NCBI GenBank assembly: GCA_965249725.1
Contig: CBDFMQ010000002.1
Coordinates: forward strand, 1,120,001-1,184,000
DNA: 64,000 nt
DNA from: Longimicrobiales bacterium
GTDB lineage: Bacteria; Gemmatimonadota; Gemmatimonadetes; Longimicrobiales; Gaopeijiaceae
Direction: 5' to 3'
Shown here: positions 1 to 10,192 of the stretch, in pieces
Layout: every line of letters starts with the position of its first letter
Numbering within the stretch: position 1 is the stretch's first letter
Notes under the pieces: generated by a model
Told to the model about the DNA's origin: nothing
The model's input: only the letters and a program-made list of their open reading frames with translations
Database searches by the model: none
Translations under genes and position numbers: made by a program

Positions 1-88
1 AACAGAAAGCCCGGACACCAAAGGTGTCCGGCCCAATATGGTGCTGAGGCAAACAGAAAGCCCGGACACCAAAGGCATCCGGGCTTTC
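1..88 (-). terminator. Duplicated intrinsic terminator-like hairpin downstream of rpsA
   Basis: Minus strand GAAAGCCCGGATGCC-TTT-GGTGTCCGGGCTTTC-TGTTT at 51-88; 24-bp direct repeat AACAGAAAGCCCGGACACCAAAGG at 1-24 and 52-75. Confidence 0.7.
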
Positions 89-118
89 ACTTCGAGGCTA
101 TCCATGGATGGCTCTGCC

Positions 119-2422
119 TCAATCCTCTTCTTTGGTCTCTTCCTCAGCCTCTTCAGCAGACGCTTCCTCCGCCTCTTCCGCGGAGGCTTCCTCCACCTCT
201 TCCGCAGAGGCTGCCTCGGCCTCAACCACAGACGCTTCTACCTCGTCGGCGGAGTCACCCGAGTCGTCAGCTTCCGCGGTCGGCTCATCCTCGGCCTCAG
301 CGGCCGGCTCTTCGGCAGACGCTTCCTCAGAGGCTTCTACCTCGTCGGCGCCCTCGGCAGCGGCTTCCTCTGGCTCTCCTTCAGCTTCGGTAGCGGCTTC
401 CTCTGGCTCTCCTTCAGCCTCGGCGGCGGCCTCTTCAGGCTCGTCCGCGGCAGCTTCCGCACCAGCGCCTGCCTCCTCCTCGGTCTCTTCCGGCTCGGGC
501 TCGGGCAGATCGATCCGCTCCGGCACCTCGCCGATTTCGAGCACGATGCGCCGATTGGCGGCATCGGACTCGATGACCTTAAGCTTGAGCGGCTCACCGG
601 ACCTGAAGTACTCACCAAGCACCGCATTCTCATCCAATCCGGTGTGCGATGTCGGAGAGAAGCCTTCGATGTCGTCGCCCAGATCGACTACGACACCCTT
701 CTCTTGCACCCGGGCCACAGTCCCCTCCGGCTCTACGCCGGCCGAGAAGCGCTCAGAGATCGCCGGCCACGGATCATCCTGGAGCTGCTTGATCCCAAGG
801 GAAATCCGCTTCGCCTCGGCATCGACGTCGAGCACCAGCACCTTTACGTCGTCACCCTTCTGCACGATCTCGGAAGGGTGCTCGACCCGCTTGGTCCAAC
901 TCATGTCGGAAACGTGCACCAGGCCGTCGATCCCCGGCTCGATCTCAACGAACGCACCGAAGCTGGTCAGGTTGCGTACCGTGCCGTCCAAATGCGTACC
1001 GGTCGGATACTTCACCGGGAGCGCCAACCACGGATCCTCCTCGATCTGCTTCATGCCGAGAGAGATCTTCTCGTCGTTGGGATCGACCTTCAGCACCACT
1101 GCTTCGATCTCGTCCCCGATGTTCACGAGCTTGGAGGGGTGCCGGATGTTGCGAGTCCACGACATCTCGGAGATGTGCACCAGACCCTCGACGCCCTTCT
1201 GAAGCTCGATGAAGGCACCGTAATTGGTGATCGACACGACCTTGCCCCGGACACGCGAACCGACCGGGTACTTCTTGTCGATATCGGTCCAGGGATACGG
1301 CAGAAGCTGCTTGAGGCCCAGCGAAATCCGCTCACGGTCCCAATCGATGTCCAAGACCTTCACGTCGATCTTGGCGGCGATGTCCACGACCTCGGTGGGG
1401 TGACCCACTCGGCCCCAGGACATGTCGGTGATGTGCAGCAGTCCGTCGAGTCCGCCGAGGTCGATGAACGCACCGAAGTCGGTGATGTTCTTGACCACAC
1501 CCTCACGGACCTGGCCGACCAACAGCTCCTTGACCAGGGTCTCGCGCTTCTTCTCACGCTCACCCTCGAGGATGACCCTGCGCGAGACGACGATGTTACG
1601 CCGGCGCTTGTTGAGCTTGATGATCTTGAACTCGAAGATCTGGCCCAGCAGGTCCTCGATGTTCGGCACCCTGCGAAGCGCAATCTGCGAACCCGGCAGG
1701 AACGCGTCGACGCCCATGATATCGACCGTGACTCCGCCCTTGATCTTCCGGGTGAGCATGCCTTCCACCGGCTCGTCCGCCTCGTGCGCCTCGCGAATCT
1801 TCTCCCAGACCCTGAGGAAATCGGCCTTCTTCTTGGAGAGAACGACGATCCCGTCATCGTCCTCGAGGCTCTCGAGAAGGACTTCGACTTCCTGTCCGGC
1901 CTCGATCGTGTCGCGGTCCTTGAACTCGTCGAGGGCGACAGACCCCTCACTCTTGAAGCCGAATTCCAGGATGACCATGGTGTCGGTCACGCGGAGGACC
2001 TTCGCCTTGACGATTTCCCCTTCGCGGAAGTCGCCCATCGTGATGGCGTGCTCGGAGAGCAGTGCCTCGAAGTCGGCGGAAGAGATGTCCAGTTCCTCTT
2101 CGCCGTACGGGTCCGCATGGAGTTCCGGAGAGATGCCATCGGCGCCGAGAAGCATCGCCCCTGCGGCAGGGCCGTTCACCTCGGACGTCGGTGCGTCGGC
2201 TACGGCCTCGGCGGCTTCCGCTTTGTCGGCTTCGTCGCTCGATGCGTCGGGGGCCGCTTCTTCAGCGTTGGCCTCCGCCGCCCCATCGGACGCTACCCCA
2301 TCGGACGCTACTCCATCAGAGGCTTCTGCGTCCGAGGCTTCGGTGGTTGAAGCCTCTGTGGCTGCTTCGAGGAGTTCTTCGGAGGAGGGATCTTCGGGGT
2401 GCTGGGTTTCTTGGTCAGTCAT
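119..2422 (-). CDS. rpsA: 30S ribosomal protein S1 with long acidic N- and C-terminal extensions
   Basis: Repeated S1 domains (GVVKNITDFGAFIDLGGLDGLLHITDMSW etc.); ATG at 2422 preceded by GGTGAGG; follows cmk. Confidence 0.97.
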   Translation of the reverse strand: MTDQETQHPEDPSSEELLEAATEASTTEASDAEASDGVASDGVASDGAAEANAEEAAPDASSDEADKAEAAEAVADAPTSEVNGPAAGAMLLGADGISPELHADPYGEEELDISSADFEALLSEHAITMGDFREGEIVKAKVLRVTDTMVILEFGFKSEGSVALDEFKDRDTIEAGQEVEVLLESLEDDDGIVVLSKKKADFLRVWEKIREAHEADEPVEGMLTRKIKGGVTVDIMGVDAFLPGSQIALRRVPNIEDLLGQIFEFKIIKLNKRRRNIVVSRRVILEGEREKKRETLVKELLVGQVREGVVKNITDFGAFIDLGGLDGLLHITDMSWGRVGHPTEVVDIAAKIDVKVLDIDWDRERISLGLKQLLPYPWTDIDKKYPVGSRVRGKVVSITNYGAFIELQKGVEGLVHISEMSWTRNIRHPSKLVNIGDEIEAVVLKVDPNDEKISLGMKQIEEDPWLALPVKYPTGTHLDGTVRNLTSFGAFVEIEPGIDGLVHVSDMSWTKRVEHPSEIVQKGDDVKVLVLDVDAEAKRISLGIKQLQDDPWPAISERFSAGVEPEGTVARVQEKGVVVDLGDDIEGFSPTSHTGLDENAVLGEYFRSGEPLKLKVIESDAANRRIVLEIGEVPERIDLPEPEPEETEEEAGAGAEAAADEPEEAAAEAEGEPEEAATEAEGEPEEAAAEGADEVEASEEASAEEPAAEAEDEPTAEADDSGDSADEVEASVVEAEAASAEEVEEASAEEAEEASAEEAEEETKEED

Positions 2423-2546
2423 GGTTGCCTCACCGACTCGGGGAGCCGATGCCAAATCTCACCGGGCTCAACTGCAGCGCCACGGCCCGGGTTGAGGTGG
2501 TTGAAAAAGGGACGGAAGGCCCCGGCGCTTGGGGCCTAGCAAGGTG

Positions 2547-2575
2547 AAGCTACCGGGGCCTCATAGGGCAGTCAA
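2547..2575 (-). promoter_or_regulatory. Sigma70-like promoter for rpsA
   Basis: TTGACT (2575-2570) -17 nt- TAGCTT (2552-2547) overlapping the cmk 3' end. Confidence 0.6.
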
Positions 2576-3262
2576 GTCCTTAACCCGCTTCAAGATGAGT
2601 CCCACTTGCTCCTCGAAAGACAGGGTCGTTGTGTCGACGTCGAAAGCGTCTTGCGGACGGCGTAGAGGAGAGAGCTCGCGGTCGCTATCCGTCCGATCTC
2701 GCTGCTCGATTCTACCGGCCTCGGCAGTGATTTCTTCGGCGCTCGGGGCTCCCCCGACATCCTGCAGCAGTCTACGACGGGCCCTTGCCTCGAGTCCGGC
2801 TACAAGAAAGACCTTCAGATCCGCCTCCGGGAAGACGACGGTGCCCATGTCACGGCCGTCAGCGACGAGGTTGCCATATTCGCCGAGGCTACGCTGAGTG
2901 CCCAGCAACCACTGACGCACGGTCGGAAGACGGGCCACGTAGGATACGTGTGCGGTAACCTCCGGCGTGCGCAGTTCTGAAGTGAGTACGTGTTCTCCCC
3001 GATAGATGTCGACGCTGGCGTCACAGGGCTCAGCTCGCACACCGAGGGCGTCTAGCTCTCCGGAGGTCAGCTCAGTCCATTCCTCCTGCGGAATCCCGGC
3101 CGCGAGGAGCGCGAACGTCAGCGCCCTGTAGAGCCCGCCGGAGTCCAGGTGCCGGAAACCGAGTCGCCGGGCCAGCTCCTTCGCGGTGCTCGTCTTGCCC
3201 GATCCAGCCGGGCCGTCGAGCGTGATCACGGGACCCGGGCCACCTGTCGAGGGCTGACTCAT
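2561..3262 (-). CDS. cmk: Cytidylate kinase
   Basis: ITLDGPAGSGKTS P-loop, LDSGGLYR, DGRDMGTVVFP. Confidence 0.96.
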   Translation of the reverse strand: MSQPSTGGPGPVITLDGPAGSGKTSTAKELARRLGFRHLDSGGLYRALTFALLAAGIPQEEWTELTSGELDALGVRAEPCDASVDIYRGEHVLTSELRTPEVTAHVSYVARLPTVRQWLLGTQRSLGEYGNLVADGRDMGTVVFPEADLKVFLVAGLEARARRRLLQDVGGAPSAEEITAEAGRIEQRDRTDSDRELSPLRRPQDAFDVDTTTLSFEEQVGLILKRVKDLTAL

Positions 3263-4572
3263 CGGCTTCTCTCGGGAGAGGAGAGGTCGTTCAACATCTC
3301 CCAGAAGCCAGGAAAGCTGACGTCGACCACCGATTTTCCTTCCACTTCAATGCGATTCCCGGGAAGGGCTCCCAAGACACCAAAAGCCATGGCTATGCGG
3401 TGATCGTGATGGCTCGAAACCGACCCCACCAAGGGTCGGTCAGTACCAGAGACTTCCAGACCGTCCTCGAGTTCGGAGACCTCTACCCCCACGGCTCTGA
3501 GATTGTCTACCAGCGCTCGGATGCGATCGGACTCCTTCACCCTTAGTTCCGAAGCTCCCGTGATCCGGGTGACCCCGGACGCACGGGCGGCGGCGACCGC
3601 GAGAATCGGGAACTCATCGATCATAGAAGGCACTTCCGCCTCCGTCACCTCAACGCCCCGCAGGTCCGAGGCCGTCACCCTAAGTTCTCCCGCCGGCTCT
3701 CCAGAGCCATTCGACGCGGCAGCTGTGCCGGCTTCGGACGGCGTAATCTCTACCTCGCCACCCATCCGGGAAAGCACGGAAAGAAGGCCCGTTCGGGTCG
3801 GATTCAGTCCCACATGCTCGAGCTGCAGTCCACCCTCCACCCCACCGAGAAGGGCCAGGGCCACGAAGAACGCCGCCGACGAGAAGTCACCCGGCACCAC
3901 GAGGTCCAGCGGCGCGATTGTGGCGGGGGGATCGCGGAAGTCCACGTGCCAACGACCCCCATTGTCATGGGAGATGACCGGAGCCCCGACCATGCCCAAC
4001 ATCCGCTCGGTGTGATCCCGCGAGCGGCGCGGCTCGGAGACGAGGACGAACGTCTCTCCCACGAGGCCGGCGAGGAGCAACGCGCTCTTCACCTGTGCGC
4101 TGGCCACTGGCGAGTCGTAGTCCAGGGCCTTGAGTCCGGAACCGACCACCTTGAGCGGGAGCCGATCCGGCTCTCCCAGCTCCCGAAATGTCGCTCCCAT
4201 TAGAGAAAGCGGGCGGGTCACGCGGCCCATCGGACGGCTCCGGAGCGACGCATCGCCGGTCGCCTGACTGGTGAAACCCTGCCCGGCGAGCACGCCCAAC
4301 ATGAGGCGCACTCCGGTGCCGCTGTTTTCGAAGTTCAGCACCCCTGACGGCTCCCGGAAGCCGTGAAGCCCCAGTCCAGTGATCAGGATCTCGCCTCCGT
4401 CCTCCGGAAGCTCGGGAAGATCCGAGCCGAGCGCCCTCAGGACCGACGCGGTGGCCTGTGGATCGGCTCCCGGCAGGACTCCGCCCAACCGGCTCTCTCC
4501 GGTAGCCAACGATGCCAGAATCAAGGCCCGCTGGGAGATCGACTTATCACCGGGAACCCGGAGGGTCCTCAC
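3259..4572 (-). CDS. aroA: 3-phosphoshikimate 1-carboxyvinyltransferase (EPSP synthase)
   Basis: PGDKSISQR, NSGTG, SAQVKSA, ELRVKESDRI, DHRIAMAF. Confidence 0.96.
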   Translation of the reverse strand: MRTLRVPGDKSISQRALILASLATGESRLGGVLPGADPQATASVLRALGSDLPELPEDGGEILITGLGLHGFREPSGVLNFENSGTGVRLMLGVLAGQGFTSQATGDASLRSRPMGRVTRPLSLMGATFRELGEPDRLPLKVVGSGLKALDYDSPVASAQVKSALLLAGLVGETFVLVSEPRRSRDHTERMLGMVGAPVISHDNGGRWHVDFRDPPATIAPLDLVVPGDFSSAAFFVALALLGGVEGGLQLEHVGLNPTRTGLLSVLSRMGGEVEITPSEAGTAAASNGSGEPAGELRVTASDLRGVEVTEAEVPSMIDEFPILAVAAARASGVTRITGASELRVKESDRIRALVDNLRAVGVEVSELEDGLEVSGTDRPLVGSVSSHHDHRIAMAFGVLGALPGNRIEVEGKSVVDVSFPGFWEMLNDLSSPERSR

Positions 4573-5414
4573 TCGCCCTGCCTCCAGGTGCGCGCTTGGT
4601 CCATCATCCCGCCGACCGCATCGACGTCTCTCTCCCGAAGCGCGTCACGCAGGACCGACAGCGCCTGCTCCACGGTCTCCAGGGCCATCCCATCCCGGTC
4701 GCTCGAAACCTCCAAAAGATCACGCCACATAGCCGACGAGCTCAGGGCCAGACGGGTCATATCCAACCCGCCCGGGCCCAGATGGGCCACCTCGATCCCC
4801 TGCTCCGCCAGCACCTTGGCCAGCGCCGTCGCCACTAGTTGAGGCACGTGGCTCGCCCAAGCGATGAGCTTGTCGTGCGCATCCGCCTCGATCCTTTGGG
4901 TCCGAGCACCAAGGGATTGCCAGAGGCCCTCGACCCTATCGACTCGTCGCTCCTCGGCATTACCGGTTACGACCCATACCGTCCCGTCGACGAACAGGTC
5001 TCCTACAGAGGCGCCGAAACCGGAGCCGGTGCCCCCCACCATGGGGTGAGTGCCCACGTATGCATGTGAGAACCCTCCCTCCCTCGCCTGATCCAGGAGC
5101 GGCTCCTTGAGCCCCGCGACGTCGGTAACGGAGGCGTCACCCCACGATCCCGCGTGCTCCGCCATGAGTTCAAGCGTGGCACGTAGGGGCGCAGCGTAGA
5201 TCACGACATCCTGGTCACGAACGGCGTCGATCGAGTCCCTCGCCACCACGTCGACCACACCGGCCTCGACGGCAGCACGGGAGTCCTTCGAGTCCTCGGT
5301 GAACCCTGTGATCAGCGTCGCGGGATCGACCCTCTTGAGTGACCGTGCAATCGACCCTCCCATGAGGCCCAGGCCCACGATGCCAACGCGCTGTCGCGAG
5401 TCAGCAGAATTCAT
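4569..5414 (-). CDS. tyrA: Prephenate/arogenate dehydrogenase
   Basis: GLGLMGGS Rossmann motif, HPMVG, HD...SHVPQ, TRLA. Confidence 0.9.
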   Translation of the reverse strand: MNSADSRQRVGIVGLGLMGGSIARSLKRVDPATLITGFTEDSKDSRAAVEAGVVDVVARDSIDAVRDQDVVIYAAPLRATLELMAEHAGSWGDASVTDVAGLKEPLLDQAREGGFSHAYVGTHPMVGGTGSGFGASVGDLFVDGTVWVVTGNAEERRVDRVEGLWQSLGARTQRIEADAHDKLIAWASHVPQLVATALAKVLAEQGIEVAHLGPGGLDMTRLALSSSAMWRDLLEVSSDRDGMALETVEQALSVLRDALRERDVDAVGGMMDQARTWRQGE

Positions 5415-6406
5415 GGCAGATTCTCGCCCTCGGCTATGGTCTCGCCGGCTCCCCGGGCTTCGCCATCCACGCCCTCCACATCGTCGTCGCTATCGTCGTC
5501 GTTGTGCGGAAGCTCCACCACTGTACCGTCCCGGGCGACCACGGCCCCCGGGTACACCTCTCGCGCCTCCTGCTCCAACGGAGTCGAATCGTCCGCGTAG
5601 CGCGCCGAAACGTGTGTGAGGCAAAGCCTGGCGACGCCAGCCTCCCGCGCCACAGTCGCGGCGCCTCGCGCCGTGCTGTGGTGGGTCTGGTGGGCCCGGT
5701 CTGCTTCCTCCTCTCCGAACGTCGCCTCGTGGATGAGAAGGGTCGCACCGGTGGCCACCTCGATGACGCTATCCGCGGGACGCGTGTCTCCTGTGTACAC
5801 GACGACTCGACCGGGACGAGAGGTGCCGACCAGGTCGGCGGGCTCGATCGTCCGGCCGTCCACCTCCACGGCCTCACCTTGATGCAGCTTGCCGAACAGC
5901 GGGCCCTCCGGTATGCCCAAGGCGCGGGCCCGGTCCACGTCGAAGCGGCCCAACCGCTCATGTTCGACGAGGGCGTACCCCAGCGCCGGCTTACCGTGGT
6001 CCACACGGAACGCCACCACGTCGTACTCGTCGTGACTGACTCGCCCGCCTACCTCGAGCTCCTCGATGGCGAGCGGAAACACGACCCGATCCACGCCCAG
6101 CCCAACGGCCTTCTGTAGTGTGGTACGTGAGCCGGGAGGCCCGTAGACGTGAAGAGGCTCAGTCCGTCCTTGGAGCGCCATGGTGCGTAGGAGACCCGTG
6201 AGTCCCAAGAAATGATCGGCGTGAAGATGAGTGATAAAGATCTCGCCCAGGGAAAACCCCGTGGCGTATCGCATCATCTGACGCTGGGTTCCCTCGCCGC
6301 AGTCGAACAGGAAGACATCTCCCTCTCGCTGGACGGCGATGGAACTCACATTGCGGCGAACCGTCGGACGGGATGCCGCGGTGCCCAGAAATGTGACTCG
6401 GATCAT
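5411..6406 (-). CDS. rnz: Ribonuclease Z
   Basis: MIRVTFLGT start, DCGEGTQ, THLHADH, GDTRP, HEATF, HST. Confidence 0.95.
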   Translation of the reverse strand: MIRVTFLGTAASRPTVRRNVSSIAVQREGDVFLFDCGEGTQRQMMRYATGFSLGEIFITHLHADHFLGLTGLLRTMALQGRTEPLHVYGPPGSRTTLQKAVGLGVDRVVFPLAIEELEVGGRVSHDEYDVVAFRVDHGKPALGYALVEHERLGRFDVDRARALGIPEGPLFGKLHQGEAVEVDGRTIEPADLVGTSRPGRVVVYTGDTRPADSVIEVATGATLLIHEATFGEEEADRAHQTHHSTARGAATVAREAGVARLCLTHVSARYADDSTPLEQEAREVYPGAVVARDGTVVELPHNDDDSDDDVEGVDGEARGAGETIAEGENLP

Positions 6407-6471
6407 CTCTACCCAACCACGGACGGAAGGACGGTGGAGGTCGCAGAGAAGGTAGCGCCCGGTAGGGCGCC

Positions 6472-8565
6472 TCAGAAGAGTCGGACCTGGAAGCGGAGGG
6501 TGCGTCCCGGTAGTGGCAGTCCGCACTGATCGAAGATGGCCCGGTCGGTGGCGTTGGCCAGGGAGACCGACGCGTCCACGTTGGAGAAGGTGCGACGGTC
6601 TTCCAGCCGAAAGAGACGCCTGGCCTGGAAGTCCAGGCTATGTGCCGTGTCGAGGCGGTCCAAATCGCCACTATCGGTATTGAGACAGAACTGCGACCCC
6701 AGGAATCGGTACTCGCCCGAGACGGTCGCCCCGGCGACGACGGGAACGGCGAGACTCAACCGTGCAGCGAGGTTGGGCTCATACTCGGGTCGCGTCCGTT
6801 CGTCGCTGCCCTCCTCGAACTGCCAGGCCTGCTGGAACGTTACGTCCCCGGCGTATTCGAGGCGGTGCAGCGCGCCGGTCGCCACGATCTCCAAACCGGT
6901 ACTCCGAATGCGGTCGCGGTTCACCCGCTGGCGCCGCGGTCCGTTGGGCGTATCGATGGCGATTCGAACGATGCCGTCTGAGAGGATTTGATGGAACCCT
7001 ACGATTTGTAGATCGAAAACGGGAAGATCCCAAGTGAGTCCCATCTCCCCACCGGTGAGGATCTCTGGCCTCAGCTCCGGGTTCGCCAGGAATCGGCCGA
7101 GGGCGTCGGAGTACAACTCCCGGAGCGAAGGAAAGCGCGCCCTGCGGCTGACGCCCCCGTGCAGGAGCACCGTGCTGTTGGCGGTGAGCGACGAGAATCC
7201 CACTCGGGCACCCCAATCCCACAACCGATCCAGCGGAGGCTTGTCTGCCGACTCGGGAGTGTCAGCCCCGTCGATCGCAAAGCCCACATTGAGTCGCGTG
7301 GCCCCCAGGCTCTCCCACCCCGGCAGATCATCGCCTCTCCATTCCGCCTCGGTTCCCAAGCTCCAAAGGCGTTGCCGGAAGTCCTTCTGCGCCTCACCGC
7401 TCAACCGTTCCGAATGAGAGACGTCTCCGTAGGTGAACGCAGCTCGCACGTCGGCTCGGTGACTGACGGAGTGATCACCCAGAACCCGTAGCGTGAGCGT
7501 ACGATCGTCGCCCTCCTCCACATCGGTCACGGTCTCGTAGGCCGGGGTGTTGAATTGCTCGATCCGGAACGACCCGACATCGATTCCGAGGCTCGCTTCC
7601 AGATCGCCTTCACCCCAACCGGTCTCGCGATGTCCTGTCCCGCCGGAGAACGCCGCCACGAGCCTGGATTGGTCCGGATACCGCCAGAGGCGCGGATCGG
7701 CCTCATGCGTCTCGGGCGGGACTCCTCTCTCCACGTCGAAGCCGGAAGCCATCATCGAGGTCCAGGCCCCGTTGAGTCCCTGATACCGAGCTGAGACGAA
7801 GCCGTCTACGTGCCTGAAATCGCTGTTGAGGCGCAGGTCGCCGTCCCGGCTGAGCAGGGCTCGCTCCTCGGGCGCGAAGGACTCGGCGTTCGGGAGCGTC
7901 GTGCCGGACCGGTCTCTGTATCCCGTTCCTGCCTGGAGGAGCCACTGTCCGCCATCGGAATCCACCAAACGGGCCCCGGTCGCTCCAACCGTGAGTCCCC
8001 CGGTCTGATCCATCCCCAAGCTGAAGGTCGCCGGGGAGGAACGCTCCATGCGTTGGTTGCCCCTCGCCACGTCCACCTCGACGACGCCTGCAAGAACGTT
8101 CGGCCCGTGCAGGACCGAGGAAAGTCCCCTGAGAAGGTTGATGGAACGAGCCGCCGTCAGCGGAATGATGGAGAGGTCCGTGCGGTGATCCCAGCCCAGC
8201 GTGAGCGGCACTCCGTCCACCAGAACCGCGACCTGCCGGTCTGTGGCGCCACGCAGGCTCGGTTGCGCCTCACCTCTGGAGTTCTCACGGATCCGTACGA
8301 ACGGCATCTCGCGAAGGGCCTGCTCCAGCGTAGGAATCGGCAAAGAGGCCATGGAGTCGAGCCGCATCTCGACGGCGCTCACGCCTCCCGTGGCCGTGAG
8401 CCTCTGTCTGGCCAGGACCCTGATCTCCGTCATCAAGAAGCTGTCCGGAAACGCCCCTAGGGTGTCCGACTGAATCGAATCGGGTTCCTGGGCGACGGAA
8501 AGGCCGGGAAGCGCGAGAATCGCCACGACTAACCCTGAAGGGGTCAGGAGGGTTGGTCTACCCAT
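6472..8565 (-). CDS. TonB-dependent receptor
   Basis: Signal peptide, plug motifs (LRG...[16 protein letters not shown]), NPELRPE, C-terminal Phe; start codon uncertain (8565 or 8607). Confidence 0.88.
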   Translation of the reverse strand: MGRPTLLTPSGLVVAILALPGLSVAQEPDSIQSDTLGAFPDSFLMTEIRVLARQRLTATGGVSAVEMRLDSMASLPIPTLEQALREMPFVRIRENSRGEAQPSLRGATDRQVAVLVDGVPLTLGWDHRTDLSIIPLTAARSINLLRGLSSVLHGPNVLAGVVEVDVARGNQRMERSSPATFSLGMDQTGGLTVGATGARLVDSDGGQWLLQAGTGYRDRSGTTLPNAESFAPEERALLSRDGDLRLNSDFRHVDGFVSARYQGLNGAWTSMMASGFDVERGVPPETHEADPRLWRYPDQSRLVAAFSGGTGHRETGWGEGDLEASLGIDVGSFRIEQFNTPAYETVTDVEEGDDRTLTLRVLGDHSVSHRADVRAAFTYGDVSHSERLSGEAQKDFRQRLWSLGTEAEWRGDDLPGWESLGATRLNVGFAIDGADTPESADKPPLDRLWDWGARVGFSSLTANSTVLLHGGVSRRARFPSLRELYSDALGRFLANPELRPEILTGGEMGLTWDLPVFDLQIVGFHQILSDGIVRIAIDTPNGPRRQRVNRDRIRSTGLEIVATGALHRLEYAGDVTFQQAWQFEEGSDERTRPEYEPNLAARLSLAVPVVAGATVSGEYRFLGSQFCLNTDSGDLDRLDTAHSLDFQARRLFRLEDRRTFSNVDASVSLANATDRAIFDQCGLPLPGRTLRFQVRLF

Positions 8566-8594
8566 TTTGCGTGGAGATGATGGCCTTCCTCGGG

Positions 8595-8646
8595 GTCGAT
8601 GCTTCACGGCGACGCTTCACGTCGATGCTCCACGTCGACGCTCCAC
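8595..8646. repeat. 13-bp tandem repeat x4
   Basis: GTCGATGCTTCAC GGCGACGCTTCAC GTCGATGCTCCAC GTCGACGCTCCAC. Confidence 0.85.
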
Positions 8647-8767
8647 AAGAACTCGGGCGTCCCTGCTCGGGACGACACAAGGAAGTGGCGGGGCGGTTCA
8701 TCCGGCCCGTGATAGTCCAATTGACACCTTTTGTTCCGAGCAAACGTGGTCTTCAAAGGTAAAACGT

Positions 8768-8796
8768 TGGACAGCCTACACGGAGGGCCATATTCT
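8768..8796 (+). promoter_or_regulatory. Sigma70-like promoter candidate
   Basis: TGGACA -17 nt- TATTCT about 40 nt upstream of the class V aminotransferase start. Confidence 0.45.
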
Positions 8797-8838
8797 GATT
8801 TCTGGTCCCAGAATGCAGTCACTCCCTCGGTGAGGTAT

Positions 8839-10152
8839 ATGATGTCGACGAGACGCAATTTCTTGGCCACGATGTCCCTTCCGGCCGCCTTCTCCGTTCG
8901 TGGATTCCCCGGTGCGCCCACCCTGTTCAGCCCATCGGCTCCCGAAATCCTGGAGTCCCTGTCGCACTATTCGGGCACGCCCAGTGCGATCGCTCAGGAC
9001 GAGGACTACTGGTCCGAGGTGGCCCAAGCGTTCACCGTCGACCGCAGCTTGGTCAACTTCAACAACGGGGGTGTGAGCCCTTCGCCCTCCTTCGTGCAGG
9101 AGGCCATGAAGCGTCACCTGGACTTCTCGAACCTGGCCCCGTCCTACACGATGTGGGAGATCCTGCAGCCCGGTCAGGAGACGGTGCGACAGCGGATGGC
9201 GCGTGAGTGGGGTGTCGATACGGAGGAGATCGCGATCACGCGAAACGCCTCCGAGGGCCTGCAGATCTGTCAGTTCGGGTACGATCTGGAGCGGGGTGAC
9301 GAGGTGCTCACGTCGACGCAGGACTACGGCCGCATGCGCACGACGTTCAAGCAGCGTGAGCGTCGTGAGGGCATCGTCATGAAGCAGATCGAGCTGCCGG
9401 TGCCTGCGGAAGATCCGGCAGAGGTCGTCCGTCTCTTCGAGGAAGGCATCACCGACAAGACCCGGTTGATCCTCATGTGCCACATGATCAACCTCACCGG
9501 GCAGATCCTACCGGTAAAGGAAGTGGTTGCGATGGCCCGTCGGCACAACGTCTCGGTCATCGTGGACGGCGCGCACGCGCTGGCCCATTTCGACTTCAAG
9601 ATCTCGGACCTGGAGTGCGACAATTACTCCACCAGCCTCCACAAGTGGCTCTTCGCCCCGCACGGCACCGGGCTCCTTTATGTGCGCCGTGAGGTGATCC
9701 CGACGATCTGGCCTCTCATGGCGGCCAGAGACGACATGGATGGGAACATCCGCAAGTTCGAGGAGATCGGGACACATCCGTGCGCGAACCACCTCGCCAT
9801 CGCCGAGGCCCTCACATTCCATCAAGGCATCGGACCGAAGCGGAAGACCGAGCGACTGGTCTACCTCAGGGATCGGTGGGCCAAGCGGCTGCTCGAAAAC
9901 GACCGGATCCGTGTTCACACGAGTCTCGAGCCCGGGTTCGCCTGCGGCATCGCCAATGTGGGAATCGAGGGCGAGGACATGGTCGCTCTGAGAGACTGGT
10001 TGTGGAACGAACATCGCATCATCACGGTTTCCATTAATCACGCACAGTTCCAAGGCCTCCGGATTTCGCCCAGCGTGTACTCCACGCTGGAGGAAGTGGA
10101 CCGCTTTGTGGACGCGATGGAATACGCCGCGAAGAACGGACTCCCAGCCTGA
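8839..10152 (+). CDS. Class V PLP-dependent aminotransferase/lyase (CefD/cysteine desulfurase-like) with Tat signal
   Basis: STRRNFL Tat motif, NNGGVSP, DGAHA, SLHKW(PLP Lys)LFAPHGTG; RBS GGTGAGG before ATG 8839. Confidence 0.85.
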   Translation: MMSTRRNFLATMSLPAAFSVRGFPGAPTLFSPSAPEILESLSHYSGTPSAIAQDEDYWSEVAQAFTVDRSLVNFNNGGVSPSPSFVQEAMKRHLDFSNLAPSYTMWEILQPGQETVRQRMAREWGVDTEEIAITRNASEGLQICQFGYDLERGDEVLTSTQDYGRMRTTFKQRERREGIVMKQIELPVPAEDPAEVVRLFEEGITDKTRLILMCHMINLTGQILPVKEVVAMARRHNVSVIVDGAHALAHFDFKISDLECDNYSTSLHKWLFAPHGTGLLYVRREVIPTIWPLMAARDDMDGNIRKFEEIGTHPCANHLAIAEALTFHQGIGPKRKTERLVYLRDRWAKRLLENDRIRVHTSLEPGFACGIANVGIEGEDMVALRDWLWNEHRIITVSINHAQFQGLRISPSVYSTLEEVDRFVDAMEYAAKNGLPA

Positions 10153-10192
10153 GCGGCCCGGGCCAACAACCTAGTAGACTCTAGGAGTGTTC

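Noticed and set aside
1..88. Possible CRISPR repeat-spacer unit
   Set aside because: Only two copies, hairpin plus T-run directly after rpsA, no cas genes in the window.
38..2350. 770-aa plus-strand ORF and many other long overlapping ORFs
   Set aside because: Antisense or alternate-frame shadows of well-supported genes, expected at high GC; no motifs.
8650..8730. Cobalamin riboswitch upstream of the TonB receptor (GCCCCGCCACT on the minus strand)
   Set aside because: Other conserved elements (AGGGAA, B12 box) were not found.
8839..10152. Class V enzyme as the missing EgtE
   Set aside because: About 23 kb from the egt genes and carries a Tat signal; not excluded, but unsupported by context.
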